A DNA stretch of 64,000 nt from an uncultured Flavobacterium sp. GTDB taxonomy: Bacteria; Bacteroidota; Bacteroidia; Flavobacteriales; Flavobacteriaceae. The notes under the pieces were generated by a model that saw only the letters and a list, made by a program, of their open reading frames with translations, made no database searches and was not told the DNA's origin. Position numbers and translations under genes: made by a program. Every line of letters begins with the position of its first letter. Position 1 is the stretch's first letter. Below are positions 6,841 to 16,881 of this stretch, in pieces. The stretch is from the NCBI GenBank assembly GCA_964566045.1, contig CAZMHK010000001.1:1925-65924 (forward strand), in the 5' to 3' direction.

Positions 6841-9150
6841 ATGGCAATCAAAAAAAATAACACTAGCACAAAAAGCGAGATTAAAGACGTCGCTTACTAT
6901 CAAAAGAAATTTTGGAAAATTTTCTTTATCGGATTAGGAAGTATTGGTTTGTTCTTCCTATTCGCCTCTTGGGGACTTTTTGGCTCGATGCCATCCTTTG
7001 AGGATTTAGAAAACCCAGATTCTAACTTAGCTACCGAAATTATCTCGGCAGACGGTGTGGTCATAGGTAAATACTTTGAAAAAAACAGGTCTCAACTAAA
7101 ATATGAAGATCTACCTAAAAACCTAGTTCAAGCACTTGTTGCTACTGAGGATGCTCGTTTTTATGATCACTCTGGTATTGACGGACGTGGTACGCTCAGA
7201 GCTATTTTTAGCCTAGGAACTAGCGGTGGAGCAAGTACTTTGACACAACAACTTGCCAAACAATTATTTCACGGAGAAGGTTCAAAGTTTCTTCCTTTCC
7301 GAATTGTGCAAAAAATCAAAGAATGGATTATTGCAATTCGTTTAGAAAGACAATACACCAAAAATGAAATCATTGCCATGTACTGCAACGTATATGACTT
7401 TGGAAACAATTCTGTTGGAGTAAGTTCTGCTGCCAAAACGTATTTTTCTAAAGAGCCAAAAGACTTAACTATTAGTGAGTCTGCGATATTAGTGGGAATG
7501 TTCAAAAACTCTGGTTTGTACAATCCTGTTCGAAATCCACAAGGTGTAAAAAACCGTCGCAATGTGGTGCTTTTACAAATGCAAAAAGCCGATATCATTT
7601 CGGAAAACGAAAAAGTAAGATTACAAAGTTTACCAATTAAATTGAACTTTAAACTCGAAACTCATAAAGACGGAACTGCAACTTATTTTAGAGAATATTT
7701 GCGTGATTACATGAAAAAATGGGTTGAAGAGAATAAAAAACCAGACGGATCGGATTACGATATCTACAAAGATGGTCTTAAAATTTACACTACTATTGAC
7801 TCAAGAATGCAGTTGCACGCCGAAGAAGCTGTAAAAGCGCACATGGCCAACTTGCAAGAAGAATTTTTTATTCAGTCAAAAGACAATAAAAACGCTCCTT
7901 TTGTTAATATTTCTGCTGTAGAAACACAAAAAATTATCAACCAAGCTATGAAATCTTCTAGCCGTTGGTCTATCCTAAAATCATTGGATAAAACCGACGA
8001 AGAAATCATAAAGTCATTTAGCGAAAAGACCAAAATGAAAATCTTTACTTGGAAAGGCGAGCGCGACACTATCATGACACCCCTAGACTCTATCCGTTAC
8101 TACAAACACTTTTTACAAGCAGGATTGATGGCTATGGAGCCACAAACCGGAAACATCAAAGCTTGGGTAGGCGGTATTAATTACAAATATTTCCAGTACG
8201 ACCACGTAGGCCAAGGAGCTAGACAAGTAGGATCTACTTTCAAACCGTTCGTTTATGCTACAGCTATCGAACAGTTGAATATGTCACCTTGCGACTCAAT
8301 TGTTGATGGTCCGTTCATGATTCGTAAAGGGCGTCACCACGTAACCGAAGATTGGGAACCTAAAAACTCTGATAACAAGTACCGCGGAATGGTAACCTTA
8401 AAAAGAGGTTTGGCCAACTCGATCAATACCGTATCGGCTAAATTAATTGACAAAGTTGGTCCTGAAGCTGTTATCGATTTAACGCATAAATTAGGAGTGA
8501 AATCAGAGATTGTAACGCAACCATCAATTGCCTTAGGAGCGGTAGAAATCACCGTTCAAGACATGGTAGCTGCTTACAGTACTTTTGCTAATCAAGGAGT
8601 ATATGTAAAACCACAATTCATCACCAAAATTGAAGATAAAAGTGGTGTTGTAATTTACGAGCCTATCCCGGAATCACACGATGTATTGAACAAAGACATT
8701 GCATACGCTGTTGTAAAATTACTAGAAGGCGTAACTGAAGGCGGTTCAGGTGACCGTTTGCGTACCACTGGAGGTGGGAATGGAGACAACCGCTGGACAG
8801 GTTATCCGTACGCTTTTAGAAACCCAATTGCAGGAAAAACAGGAACTACACAAAATCAATCTGACGGTTGGTTTATGGGAATGGTACCTAACTTAGTAAC
8901 CGGAGTTTGGGTAGGTTGCGAAGACCGTTCGGCCCGATTCAAAAGTATCACTTACGGTCAAGGAGCAACAGCTGCTTTGCCAGTTTGGGGTTATTTCATG
9001 AAACTTTGTTACGAAGATCCAGCGCTCAAAGTATCCAAAGAACCTTTTGAAAGACCGGCTAACTTATCTATCAAAGTAGATTGTTATGTACCGAAAAAAG
9101 TAGTAGACACGACTGCTGTAGAGCAAGATACAGAAGAATTTGAATTGTAA
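6841..9150 (+). CDS. Bifunctional class A penicillin-binding protein (PBP1A: glycosyltransferase GT51 + transpeptidase)
   Basis: GT51 motifs EDARFYDHSGID and STLTQQLAK. Transpeptidase motifs STFKP (SxxK), SINT (SxN) and KTGTT. Confidence 0.9.
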   Translation: MAIKKNNTSTKSEIKDVAYYQKKFWKIFFIGLGSIGLFFLFASWGLFGSMPSFEDLENPDSNLATEIISADGVVIGKYFEKNRSQLKYEDLPKNLVQALVATEDARFYDHSGIDGRGTLRAIFSLGTSGGASTLTQQLAKQLFHGEGSKFLPFRIVQKIKEWIIAIRLERQYTKNEIIAMYCNVYDFGNNSVGVSSAAKTYFSKEPKDLTISESAILVGMFKNSGLYNPVRNPQGVKNRRNVVLLQMQKADIISENEKVRLQSLPIKLNFKLETHKDGTATYFREYLRDYMKKWVEENKKPDGSDYDIYKDGLKIYTTIDSRMQLHAEEAVKAHMANLQEEFFIQSKDNKNAPFVNISAVETQKIINQAMKSSSRWSILKSLDKTDEEIIKSFSEKTKMKIFTWKGERDTIMTPLDSIRYYKHFLQAGLMAMEPQTGNIKAWVGGINYKYFQYDHVGQGARQVGSTFKPFVYATAIEQLNMSPCDSIVDGPFMIRKGRHHVTEDWEPKNSDNKYRGMVTLKRGLANSINTVSAKLIDKVGPEAVIDLTHKLGVKSEIVTQPSIALGAVEITVQDMVAAYSTFANQGVYVKPQFITKIEDKSGVVIYEPIPESHDVLNKDIAYAVVKLLEGVTEGGSGDRLRTTGGGNGDNRWTGYPYAFRNPIAGKTGTTQNQSDGWFMGMVPNLVTGVWVGCEDRSARFKSITYGQGATAALPVWGYFMKLCYEDPALKVSKEPFERPANLSIKVDCYVPKKVVDTTAVEQDTEEFEL

Positions 9151-9161
9151 AATTTTCTTTT

Positions 9162-9249
9162 GGAGCTCATCCAGCTATACGTTGCAATCTTTTTGAAAGC
9201 GATGAAAAATCGCTTTTAAAAAGGATTTCCACTTTTATCTGGGCTAGGG
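9162..9249 (-). repeat. Structured intergenic repeat, family C, copy 2 (reverse orientation)
   Basis: The reverse complement reads ccctAGCCCaGATaaaagtGGaaATCC...AGCTGGAtgAGCTCC, with inner hairpin aaagcgat-ttttc-atcgcttt. Confidence 0.65.
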
Positions 9250-9311
9250 TATTCGTACTTAAAACTCAATTCATCATTAGATTAAAATTCGATAAATAGC
9301 ACCTTATTTTT

Positions 9312-10010
9312 ATGATTAACAAAAAAGTAAATACCGTTCAAGATGCACTTCAAGGCATTGAAAATGGCATGACTATCATGCTAGGCGGTTTTGGATTATG
9401 TGGAATTCCAGAAAATAGTATTGCCGAATTGGTTCAAAAAAACGTAACCGATTTAACCTGTATTTCGAACAATGCCGGTGTAGATGATTTCGGACTTGGA
9501 TTGCTTTTGCAAAAGCGCCAAATAAAAAAAATGATCTCATCTTATGTGGGTGAAAATGCCGAGTTTGAACGTCAAATGTTATCCGGCGAACTAGAAGTCG
9601 AATTGACTCCTCAAGGAACTTTGGCCGAAAAATGCCGTGCTGCACAAGCGGGAATTCCTGCGTTTTTTACACCTGCAGGTTACGGTACTGAAGTAGCGGA
9701 AGGAAAAGAAGTTCGCGAGTTTAATGGTAAAATGCACATCATGGAACTCGCTTACAAAGCCGACTTTGCTATTGTAAAAGCATGGAAAGGTGACGAAGCA
9801 GGTAATTTAATTTTTAAAGGAACTGCTCGTAATTTCAATTCTAGCATGGCTGGAGCTGCAAAAATTACGATTGCCGAAGTTGAAGAACTTTTGCCTGTAG
9901 GCGCATTAGACCCCAATGAAATTCACATTCCTGGAATTATGGTACAACGCATTTTTCAAGGAGAAACGTTTGAGAAAAGAATTGAACAACGAACTGTGAG
10001 ACAAAAGTAA
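9312..10010 (+). CDS. 3-oxoacid CoA-transferase, subunit A
   Basis: Family I CoA-transferase A-subunit signature ([16 protein letters not shown]), followed by the subunit B gene. Confidence 0.9.
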   Translation: MINKKVNTVQDALQGIENGMTIMLGGFGLCGIPENSIAELVQKNVTDLTCISNNAGVDDFGLGLLLQKRQIKKMISSYVGENAEFERQMLSGELEVELTPQGTLAEKCRAAQAGIPAFFTPAGYGTEVAEGKEVREFNGKMHIMELAYKADFAIVKAWKGDEAGNLIFKGTARNFNSSMAGAAKITIAEVEELLPVGALDPNEIHIPGIMVQRIFQGETFEKRIEQRTVRQK

Positions 10011-10101
10011 TATTCAGTTTGCACAGAATTATATGGACTTCATTTTTATGATTTAAGTATGCTCAAATTATAAAAACCTTACCAGTTTCAAAAATAAAAT
10101 T

Positions 10102-10761
10102 ATGGCTTTAACAAAAGAAGATATAGCAAGAAGAATTGCCAAAGAAGTACAAGACGGCTATTATGTTAACCTAGGAATTGGAATTCCTACCTTGGTGGCT
10201 AATTATGTTCGTACCGATATTTCAGTTGAATTTCAAAGTGAAAATGGCGTATTAGGTATGGGACCATTCCCTTTTGCCGGAGAAGAAGATGCCGATATTA
10301 TCAACGCCGGAAAACAAACCATTACTACCTTACCTGGCGCATCATTTTTTGACTCCGCTTTGAGTTTTGGGATGATACGCTCTCAAAAAGTAGATTTAAC
10401 CATTCTTGGCGCTATGGAAGTTGCCGAAAATGGTGATATCGCCAACTGGAAAATCCCAGGTAAAATGGTGAAAGGAATGGGCGGCGCAATGGATTTAGTG
10501 GCCTCTGCCGAAAATATCATTGTAGCCATGATGCACGTAAACAAAGCAGGCGAATCAAAAATCCTTAAGAAATGCTCTTTGCCATTAACCGGCGTAGGTT
10601 GCGTTAAAAAGGTAGTAACCGAGCTTGCCGTACTAGAAGTTACCCCGGCAGGTTTTAAGCTTTTAGAGCGCGCGCCAGGCGTTACAGTAGAACACATCAT
10701 CGCTTCTACTGAAGCTAACTTGATAATTGAAGGTGATATTCCTGAAATGGATATCAACTAA
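10102..10761 (+). CDS. 3-oxoacid CoA-transferase, subunit B
   Basis: Active-site Glu motif EFQSENGVLG (SENG). Paired with subunit A. Confidence 0.9.
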   Translation: MALTKEDIARRIAKEVQDGYYVNLGIGIPTLVANYVRTDISVEFQSENGVLGMGPFPFAGEEDADIINAGKQTITTLPGASFFDSALSFGMIRSQKVDLTILGAMEVAENGDIANWKIPGKMVKGMGGAMDLVASAENIIVAMMHVNKAGESKILKKCSLPLTGVGCVKKVVTELAVLEVTPAGFKLLERAPGVTVEHIIASTEANLIIEGDIPEMDIN

Positions 10762-10778
10762 TCGACATCAAATCCTAT

Positions 10779-10817
10779 AAAAAAACCTCAAATGAAGTTC
10801 ATTTGAGGTTTTTTTAT
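10779..10817. terminator. Bidirectional hairpin terminator between convergent genes
   Basis: aaaaaaacctcaaatg-aagtt-catttgaggttttttt, with an A-run and a T-run on either side. Confidence 0.75.
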
Positions 10818-10833
10818 GACTTTTAAGTACTCA

Positions 10834-11226
10834 CTATTTACTTTCTAAATATTCAGTTAGCGTTGTAGCTGCATGCGTAAAACTAGGAAATTGCTCCACC
10901 ATACTTACCGATCTTTTTTTATTTAATTTATAAGTCAAATCAAACTCTGTCGTAAACAAAATTGCTGACAAAAACGGATTATTGATAAAGGGCAATAAGC
11001 GATCAAATGCACTGTCTATCGAATGAATTTCGAATAATTCTTCTTGCTGAAATTTAAACTTCAACTCCAATTGTAAATCATTCTCCACCACCACTGGTCG
11101 CACATAAATATTCATCAATAAAGTGTTCCCAATGGTTTTAGCTAGCGTTAATTTGGCAAAGGTACCATCCTGCAAACTTGCTTTAACCTTGGAATAAAAC
11201 TCTGAAAAGGTTTCTTGAAATGACAT
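10834..11226 (-). CDS. Hypothetical protein (130 aa, start revised to MSFQETF...)
   Basis: The ORF is intact. The longer listed start at 11268 would overlap the fumarase terminator hairpin, so the internal ATG at 11226 is preferred. No family recognised. Confidence 0.5.
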   Translation of the reverse strand: MSFQETFSEFYSKVKASLQDGTFAKLTLAKTIGNTLLMNIYVRPVVVENDLQLELKFKFQQEELFEIHSIDSAFDRLLPFINNPFLSAILFTTEFDLTYKLNKKRSVSMVEQFPSFTHAATTLTEYLESK

Positions 11227-11244
11227 AAAATTAGATTTATGAAG

Positions 11245-11280
11245 CAAAAAAACCGCACAAACACTCACGCTTGTGCGGTT
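11245..11280 (-). terminator. Rho-independent terminator after the fumarate hydratase gene
   Basis: aaccgcacaa-(10 nt)-ttgtgcggtt, followed on the minus strand by a T-run (A-run 11245..11251 on plus). Confidence 0.7.
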
Positions 11281-11299
11281 TATAGTTTGCTTTAATTAA

Positions 11300-12901
11300 T
11301 TACAAATTATTGAAAAAATCGTTCCCTTTATCATCAGTAATAATGAAGGCTGGGAAATTTTTTACTGTTATTTTTCGAACAGCTTCCATACCTAACTCTT
11401 CAAAGTCAACTACTTCTACTTTCAAGATGTTGTCTTGAGCAAGAATGGCAGCAGGACCTCCAATAGAGCCTAAATAAAAACCACCGTAGGTTTTACAAGC
11501 ATTCATCACTTGTGGCGTTCTATTTCCTTTGGCAAGCATAATCATACTTCCACCAGCTTTTTGAAATTCTTCTACGTAAACATCCATTCTTCCAGCCGTG
11601 GTTGGACCAAAACTACCTGATGGCATTCCGTCTGGAGTTTTTGCTGGACCTGCATAATACACAGGATGATTTTTAAAATACTCTGGCATAGGTTTACCTG
11701 CATCCAAAAGTTCTTTGATTTTAGCATGTGCAATATCACGCGCTACAATCAAAGTTCCGTTCAGTTTCAAACGCGTTTTAATTGGATATTGTGATAACTT
11801 TTTAAGAATATCCGCCATCGGTTGGTTCAAATCAATCTCTACAGCAGGTTCTAAATGTGGCGGAGTTGCAGGCAATAAACGCCCAGGATTCACCTCAAGT
11901 TGTTCTACAAAAATACCTTCTTTGGTGATTTTTCCCTTTATATTTCTATCGGCAGAGCACGAAACTCCTAATCCAACAGGGCAAGAAGCAGCATGGCGTG
12001 GTAAACGAATCACACGGACATCATGCGTAAAATATTTTCCACCAAACTGTGCTCCAATGGCACTTTCTTGGCAAATTTGTTGCACTCTTTGCTCCCATTC
12101 TAAATCACGGAATGCTTGACCAGCCATGTTTCCTGTAGTTGGCAAGTGATCGTAATAACCCGCTGAAGCTTTTTTAACAGCAGCCAAATTAGCCTCGGCA
12201 GAAGTACCGCCAATTACAAATGCCAAGTGATACGGCGGACAGGCAGAAGTACCTAAATCCATGATTTTAGCACGTACAAAAGCGTCCATTGACTTTTCGT
12301 TCAAAAGCGATTTCGTTTGTTGGTACAAATAGGTTTTATTGGCAGAACCGCCCCCTTTTGCTAAAAACAAAAACTCGTACGTATTTCCTTTTTTGGCATA
12401 AATATCAATTTGAGCCGGAAGATTAGAACCAGAATTCTTTTCTTCGAACATACTGATAGGCACAATTTGGGAATAACGCAGGTTTTTCTCTTGGTAGGTG
12501 TTGAAAATCCCTTTTGAAAGCCACTCGGCATCATCCACACCTGTGTATACGTTTTCTCCTTTTTTTGCCACTACAATTGCAGTTCCGGTGTCTTGACACG
12601 ATGGCAATTGACCGTCAATAGCTACTGCAGCATTTTGCAATAAATTATACGCAACAAAACGGTCATTATCTGTCGCTTCTGGATCATCCAAAATAGCTCG
12701 TAATTTTTCTAAATGTGAAGTACGAAGCATAAAAGAAACGTCTTTCATGGCTTCTTGCGAAAGCAACTCCAAACCTTTTGGATCAACTGTAAGAATTTCT
12801 CTATCGCCCAGCTGTTCTACTTTTACGTAGTCTGAAGATATTTTTCGGTATTGTGTATCGTCTTTTAAAATAGGATAAGGATCCTGATAAATAAAGTCCA
12901 T
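11300..12901 (-). CDS. Class I (Fe-S dependent) fumarate hydratase, fused alpha/beta type
   Basis: 533 aa, collinear with FumA/FumB-type hydratases. Contains [12 protein letters not shown], a C-terminal beta domain and GGPAAILAQ. Confidence 0.9.
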   Translation of the reverse strand: MDFIYQDPYPILKDDTQYRKISSDYVKVEQLGDREILTVDPKGLELLSQEAMKDVSFMLRTSHLEKLRAILDDPEATDNDRFVAYNLLQNAAVAIDGQLPSCQDTGTAIVVAKKGENVYTGVDDAEWLSKGIFNTYQEKNLRYSQIVPISMFEEKNSGSNLPAQIDIYAKKGNTYEFLFLAKGGGSANKTYLYQQTKSLLNEKSMDAFVRAKIMDLGTSACPPYHLAFVIGGTSAEANLAAVKKASAGYYDHLPTTGNMAGQAFRDLEWEQRVQQICQESAIGAQFGGKYFTHDVRVIRLPRHAASCPVGLGVSCSADRNIKGKITKEGIFVEQLEVNPGRLLPATPPHLEPAVEIDLNQPMADILKKLSQYPIKTRLKLNGTLIVARDIAHAKIKELLDAGKPMPEYFKNHPVYYAGPAKTPDGMPSGSFGPTTAGRMDVYVEEFQKAGGSMIMLAKGNRTPQVMNACKTYGGFYLGSIGGPAAILAQDNILKVEVVDFEELGMEAVRKITVKNFPAFIITDDKGNDFFNNL

Positions 12902-13297
12902 GGTGTAATTTTTTTACAAAGATAAAATAGTTGGTGTGAGTTTAAAAGTTACTCAAAAAGCAACGCTAAACTACTACGTTAAAATACTTGTTAGTAAAAA
13001 AAGAATTAGCAAACCGATGGCGATGTATTTGGTATATTTTGACATTTTGATATGAATTTAAAAAATTATTGAATCCCTCAAAATAATGAAAAATTGATTA
13101 AAAATCCTAGCATATAATTGGTTCGTGCAAAATCAAATCAAAATTTAACAATATGTTGTGCTTGATCATTGGAATAAAATTTCGTAATGCGTCTCAACAG
13201 AAAAAAAATGTTGTAAAAAAGGATTTTAATCTGCTGAAAAAATACACGCCATAAAATATATCATTCCAACCAAAACATGAAACCTATTATATATTCC

Positions 13298-13664
13298 GTT
13301 CCTACGGAACTATATTGTACCACAATTCGTTTTATCAACGGATTAAAATCCGTTGATAAAAAATCTATCGAGCCTACGGCTCTATGACATGTGTTGTTTA
13401 TGAAATTACCGTAGGAACGACCAATGTTGTAACTACGGATTTCAATCCGTTGTAAACAATTATAAACTACAAAATGAAGCGAGCCTAAGGCTCTTTAAAA
13501 TGTATTAAACATTAAAGTTCCGTAGGAACGACCCACATTGTAACAACGGATTTCAATCCGTTGTAAAAACCACAAAATGAAGCGAGCCTGCAACTCTTTG
13601 AAATGTGTTAAATTTGAAAGTTCCGTAGGAACGACCAATATTGTAATAACGGATTTTAATCCGC
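13298..13664 (+). repeat. REP-like tandem array (3 units of 103-111 bp plus a leading partial unit)
   Basis: Units start at 13370, 13481 and 13584. Each has hairpins gagCCTACGGctc, gttCCGTAGGaac and aacggatt(t/a)(t/c)aatccgtt. The leading partial unit holds an inverted gttcctacggaac plus aacggattaaaatccgtt. Confidence 0.85.
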
Positions 13665-13706
13665 TAAGTACAAATACAATCTAAAAATGCGCTATCCACT
13701 TTAATT

Positions 13707-14168
13707 TTATTTCAGGTCTTCGAAAATATATCTTTCCTCAAATGGTACTTCGAATTTGTTTAAAAACTCTATATATTCATCCTTGAAAGCTTGCCTTTTA
13801 TGATGTTCTTCCTGATTTGCAATATACTTGTACACTGCATTAATTTGAGAATGTGCATAAGAAAAAACACCGTAACCCTCTTGCCATTCGAATCTTGATT
13901 TGGTTAAATGATGATCATTAACATATTTTGATGATTTTGCTTTAACGGTTTTCATTAATTCCGAGATGGAAACTGCAGGTTTAAGGCCTAAAAAACAATG
14001 TATGTGATCTTCAACTCCATTTACAATAATAGTTTTGCACCCAGTTTCATTTATTAAAATACCAATAACACCAAATAATGTAGATCTCCAATCGCTATTA
14101 ATAAGTGCTTCGCGATATTTTACCGCAAAAACAACCTGGATATATACTTGATGATAGGTATTTGCCAT
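13707..14168 (-). CDS. REP-associated tyrosine transposase (RAYT; IS200/IS605 TnpA-like HUH/Y1 enzyme)
   Basis: 153 aa with HUH motif EDHIHCF and a C-terminal Tyr helix YKYIANQEEHH. Flanked by REP arrays. Confidence 0.85.
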   Translation of the reverse strand: MANTYHQVYIQVVFAVKYREALINSDWRSTLFGVIGILINETGCKTIIVNGVEDHIHCFLGLKPAVSISELMKTVKAKSSKYVNDHHLTKSRFEWQEGYGVFSYAHSQINAVYKYIANQEEHHKRQAFKDEYIEFLNKFEVPFEERYIFEDLK

Positions 14169-14209
14169 GTTTTGATAATTTTTATTTTATGGATTAAAAT
14201 TTATCTTAC

Positions 14210-14515
14210 GTTCCTACGGAAATCCATTTGATGTTATTTCGTTTTATCAACGGATTAAAATCCGTTGCTATAAAATGAATCGAGCCTACGGCTCTTTGAC
14301 ATGCGTTATCTATGAAAGTTCCGTAGGAACAATCAATATTGTAACAACGGATTTTAATCCGTTGAAAACAAATACAAATTACAAAATGAATCGAGCCTAC
14401 GGCTCTTTGATATGTCTTAAATATGAAAGTTCCGTAGGAACGACCAATGTTGTAACAACGGATTTTAATCCGTTGGAAACAAAAACAAACTACAAAATTG
14501 AGAGCCTTAGGCTCG
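14210..14515 (+). repeat. REP-like tandem array (same unit and same orientation as 13298..13664)
   Basis: Units start at 14282 and 14393, with a terminal hairpin at ~14501. The leading partial unit at 14210..14267 parallels 13298..13356. Confidence 0.85.
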
Positions 14516-14545
14516 GCATATTTTTAAGAAAATTTATCAACTGGC

Positions 14546-15985
14546 TTAAAAAAACCAGCTCGCCACAAATATTGCCGTAATTACACATATCACGTCTACT
14601 AATAACATAGTTCCTAAAGCGTAACGCGTGTTTTTGATATTCACTGATCCAAAATAAACTGCAATTACATAAAAAGTACTTTCGGCGCTACATTGAAAAA
14701 TGCTACTCAAACGAGCTGTTAAGGAATCCGGACCGAAAGTGTTCATAGAATCAATCAAAAACCCACGTGATCCTGCGGAGCTAAAAGGACGCAATAACGC
14801 TACTGGCAGAGCATCTGTTATTTCTTTACTAACGCCCATATTTGAGAACAAAAAGGCAATTCCGTTACTGATGATTTCAAACAAACCACTATTCCTAAAC
14901 AGGGAAATAGCCACTAACATCCCTAAAACGTATGGAAAAATAGTTACCCCCGTTTTCACGCCATTGTTAGCACCTACTACAAAAGCATCAAAAACAGTAG
15001 TGCTTGCAGCAGTAAATTTCTTTTCATTCCAAAACGAAAAAATCAAAGTAAACGCAATAATAGCGATTAAAATTAAAGCGGAAAGATTAGATGTGAAATA
15101 GTTTTTACCCACTAAATCAAGCTGATTAACATACATTAACATACCGATAATTGCAGCAATCAATGTGATTAATACCAATACCAAAGAGGCACTCTTAAAA
15201 TTGATTTTTTGCTTAATTCCAACAATTAAAAAAGCGGCAATGGTGCCTATGAAAGACGTAATGATACAAGGCAACATCACATCGGCAGGATTAGCGGCAT
15301 TAGCGGCAGCACGATAGCCAATGATTGAAGTAGCTATCAATGTGAGTCCTGAAGCGTGTAAGCACATGAACATAATTTGGGCATCACTCGCTTTGTCTTT
15401 TTCAGGATTTATTTCTTGTAAACTTTCCATGGCTTTAAGGCCAAAAGGCGTTGCAGCCGAGTCTAGACCAAGAAAATTAGCTGCAAAATTCAAAGTCATA
15501 TAGGATATCGAAGGATGATTTTTGGGAATACTCGGAAATACTTTTACAAAAACAGGACTTAAGGCTTTGGCCAATTTTCCAGAAGCACCTGAAATAATTA
15601 ACAGTTCCATCAACCCACAAAAGAAAGCCAAATAAGCCATTAATGGCAAAACTAAATCGAGCAAAGTGCTTTTGCAGGTAGGTAATAAACCATCTGATTT
15701 TTGTACGCCACTGTAGATTTTTACCGTTTTATTTTTAAAAACATAAGTTGTATCCGCGTTTAAAGTATCGCGATTGACGACCATGGTTTGATCTGGTGCA
15801 TTTTTAATACTGTCTTTAATGAAAAGCGGCAATTGCTCTGGCATTTTTTCAGAAATCAAAATCGGGTCGTCTTTTTTTCCATTCAATACATAATCAATTG
15901 TGTAAGTGTTTGAACTGAACAAACTCACTACCACAAAAACAATTGATGAAATAAAAATAACCAACCAAAATCTGCTCAATACCAT
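14546..15985 (-). CDS. Nucleoside recognition domain-containing membrane protein (fused SpmA/SpmB-like)
   Basis: 479-aa polytopic membrane protein. The sequence resembles flavobacterial proteins annotated with a nucleoside recognition (Gate) domain. Confidence 0.7.
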   Translation of the reverse strand: MVLSRFWLVIFISSIVFVVVSLFSSNTYTIDYVLNGKKDDPILISEKMPEQLPLFIKDSIKNAPDQTMVVNRDTLNADTTYVFKNKTVKIYSGVQKSDGLLPTCKSTLLDLVLPLMAYLAFFCGLMELLIISGASGKLAKALSPVFVKVFPSIPKNHPSISYMTLNFAANFLGLDSAATPFGLKAMESLQEINPEKDKASDAQIMFMCLHASGLTLIATSIIGYRAAANAANPADVMLPCIITSFIGTIAAFLIVGIKQKINFKSASLVLVLITLIAAIIGMLMYVNQLDLVGKNYFTSNLSALILIAIIAFTLIFSFWNEKKFTAASTTVFDAFVVGANNGVKTGVTIFPYVLGMLVAISLFRNSGLFEIISNGIAFLFSNMGVSKEITDALPVALLRPFSSAGSRGFLIDSMNTFGPDSLTARLSSIFQCSAESTFYVIAVYFGSVNIKNTRYALGTMLLVDVICVITAIFVASWFF

Positions 15986-16018
15986 AACTTATAATTTTTG
16001 TAAATGTAATTATTTAAC

Positions 16019-16057
16019 CGCAAAGTGCACAAAGTGATTCGCAAAGTACGCAAAGCA
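16019..16057 (-). repeat. Four stacked CTTTG(C/T)G motifs (minus strand) upstream of the nucleoside-recognition gene
   Basis: CAAAG occurs at 16021, 16030, 16042 and 16051 on plus (spacing 9/12/9). Read on the minus strand these are -7-box-like (TAnTTTG) elements 34-72 nt upstream of the ATG. Confidence 0.4.
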
Positions 16058-16097
16058 TTTTCAAAAAATTTAGCCTAACATGTTATTGATTTAGCTA

Positions 16098-16811
16098 CTA
16101 CACATGAATAATCTCGTCTTCTATCAACAACTCTTCCCTACGCAAACGCAGAAAAATTTGCGCTACAGCAATCGTATCTCGCTCACAATAAGTGACAATA
16201 CGATCAATGTCTTTCTCCACATAAAATACATGACCTACTTGACTGCCATCGATATCACCTTTTGAAGAAGGAATTCCGAGTACTTTACACATCAATTTCA
16301 AAGAAGTAAAATGTTTGTAATCGCCAAATTTCCATAATTCCAGAGTATCTAAATGCGGAATTTCCCAAGGTTTTTTTCCAAATAAATTCAGTTTGTTTGG
16401 AATTGCAATATTGTTGATAATCATTCGCCTAGCCAAAAAGGGAATATCAAATTCTTTGGCATTGTGTCCGCACAAAACATGCTGCGGTTGATTGAAGTGA
16501 TTGTTGAGCAAATTATTAAAGTCGGAAAGAATTTTTTTCTCTTCGCCAAAGAAACTCGTTACTCGAAAATTACGAATGTCGCCTTTGATGGTAAAATAAC
16601 CTACCGAAATACATACAATTTTACCAAACTCGGCCCAAATACCTGCTCGGTCATAAAAATCTTCAGGTGAAAACTCTTCTCTGCGCTGGTATTGGGTTTT
16701 GTGTTCCCAAAGCGCTTGCATTTCAGGATCTAAAGCATCGTAATTTTCAGATTCAGGAACGGTCTCAATATCAAGAAAGAGAATGTTATTAAGGTTAATT
16801 TTTTCGATCAT
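16098..16811 (-). CDS. DEDD-type 3'-5' exonuclease (PolB-exonuclease-like, RNase H fold)
   Basis: Exo motifs FLDIETVP (DxE), HNAKEFDIPF and YCERDT (Yx3D). Confidence 0.75.
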   Translation of the reverse strand: MIEKINLNNILFLDIETVPESENYDALDPEMQALWEHKTQYQRREEFSPEDFYDRAGIWAEFGKIVCISVGYFTIKGDIRNFRVTSFFGEEKKILSDFNNLLNNHFNQPQHVLCGHNAKEFDIPFLARRMIINNIAIPNKLNLFGKKPWEIPHLDTLELWKFGDYKHFTSLKLMCKVLGIPSSKGDIDGSQVGHVFYVEKDIDRIVTYCERDTIAVAQIFLRLRREELLIEDEIIHV

Positions 16812-16881
16812 GGTATGGCACGCAGATTTTAATTTTACACCGATTTGATAAAACGAATATAAGAATTTTATTGATAAACAA

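Larger units (their letters stand above)
13298..14515 (-). mobile_element. RAYT unit 1: REP array - TnpA_REP-like gene - REP array
   Basis: See the component features 13298..13664, 13707..14168 and 14210..14515. Confidence 0.7.

Noticed and set aside
11715-12119. 134-aa plus-strand ORF
   Set aside because: It is fully antisense to the strongly supported class I fumarate hydratase gene. The same reasoning applies to 22378..22770 (antisense to hemC/hemD), 14700..15101, 10383..10757, 2322..2657, 7269..7598 and similar track entries.
12974-13045. 23-codon minus-strand mini-ORF (MSKYTKYIAIGLLILFLLTSILT) in the fumarase upstream region
   Set aside because: It looks like a hydrophobic small peptide, but it is too short to support from sequence alone, and no promoter or conservation evidence is available here.
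13298-14515. Regularly spaced repeats that could be mistaken for a CRISPR array
   Set aside because: The period is about 103-111 bp, and the 'spacer' segments are themselves conserved between units. Each unit is a set of short hairpins, no cas genes are nearby, and a RAYT gene sits in the middle. This is a REP cluster, not CRISPR.
14275-14580. 101-aa ORF (MNRAYGSLTCVIYESSVGT…)
   Set aside because: Its sequence is internally duplicated because it is simply a translation of the tandem REP units. There is no independent coding evidence.
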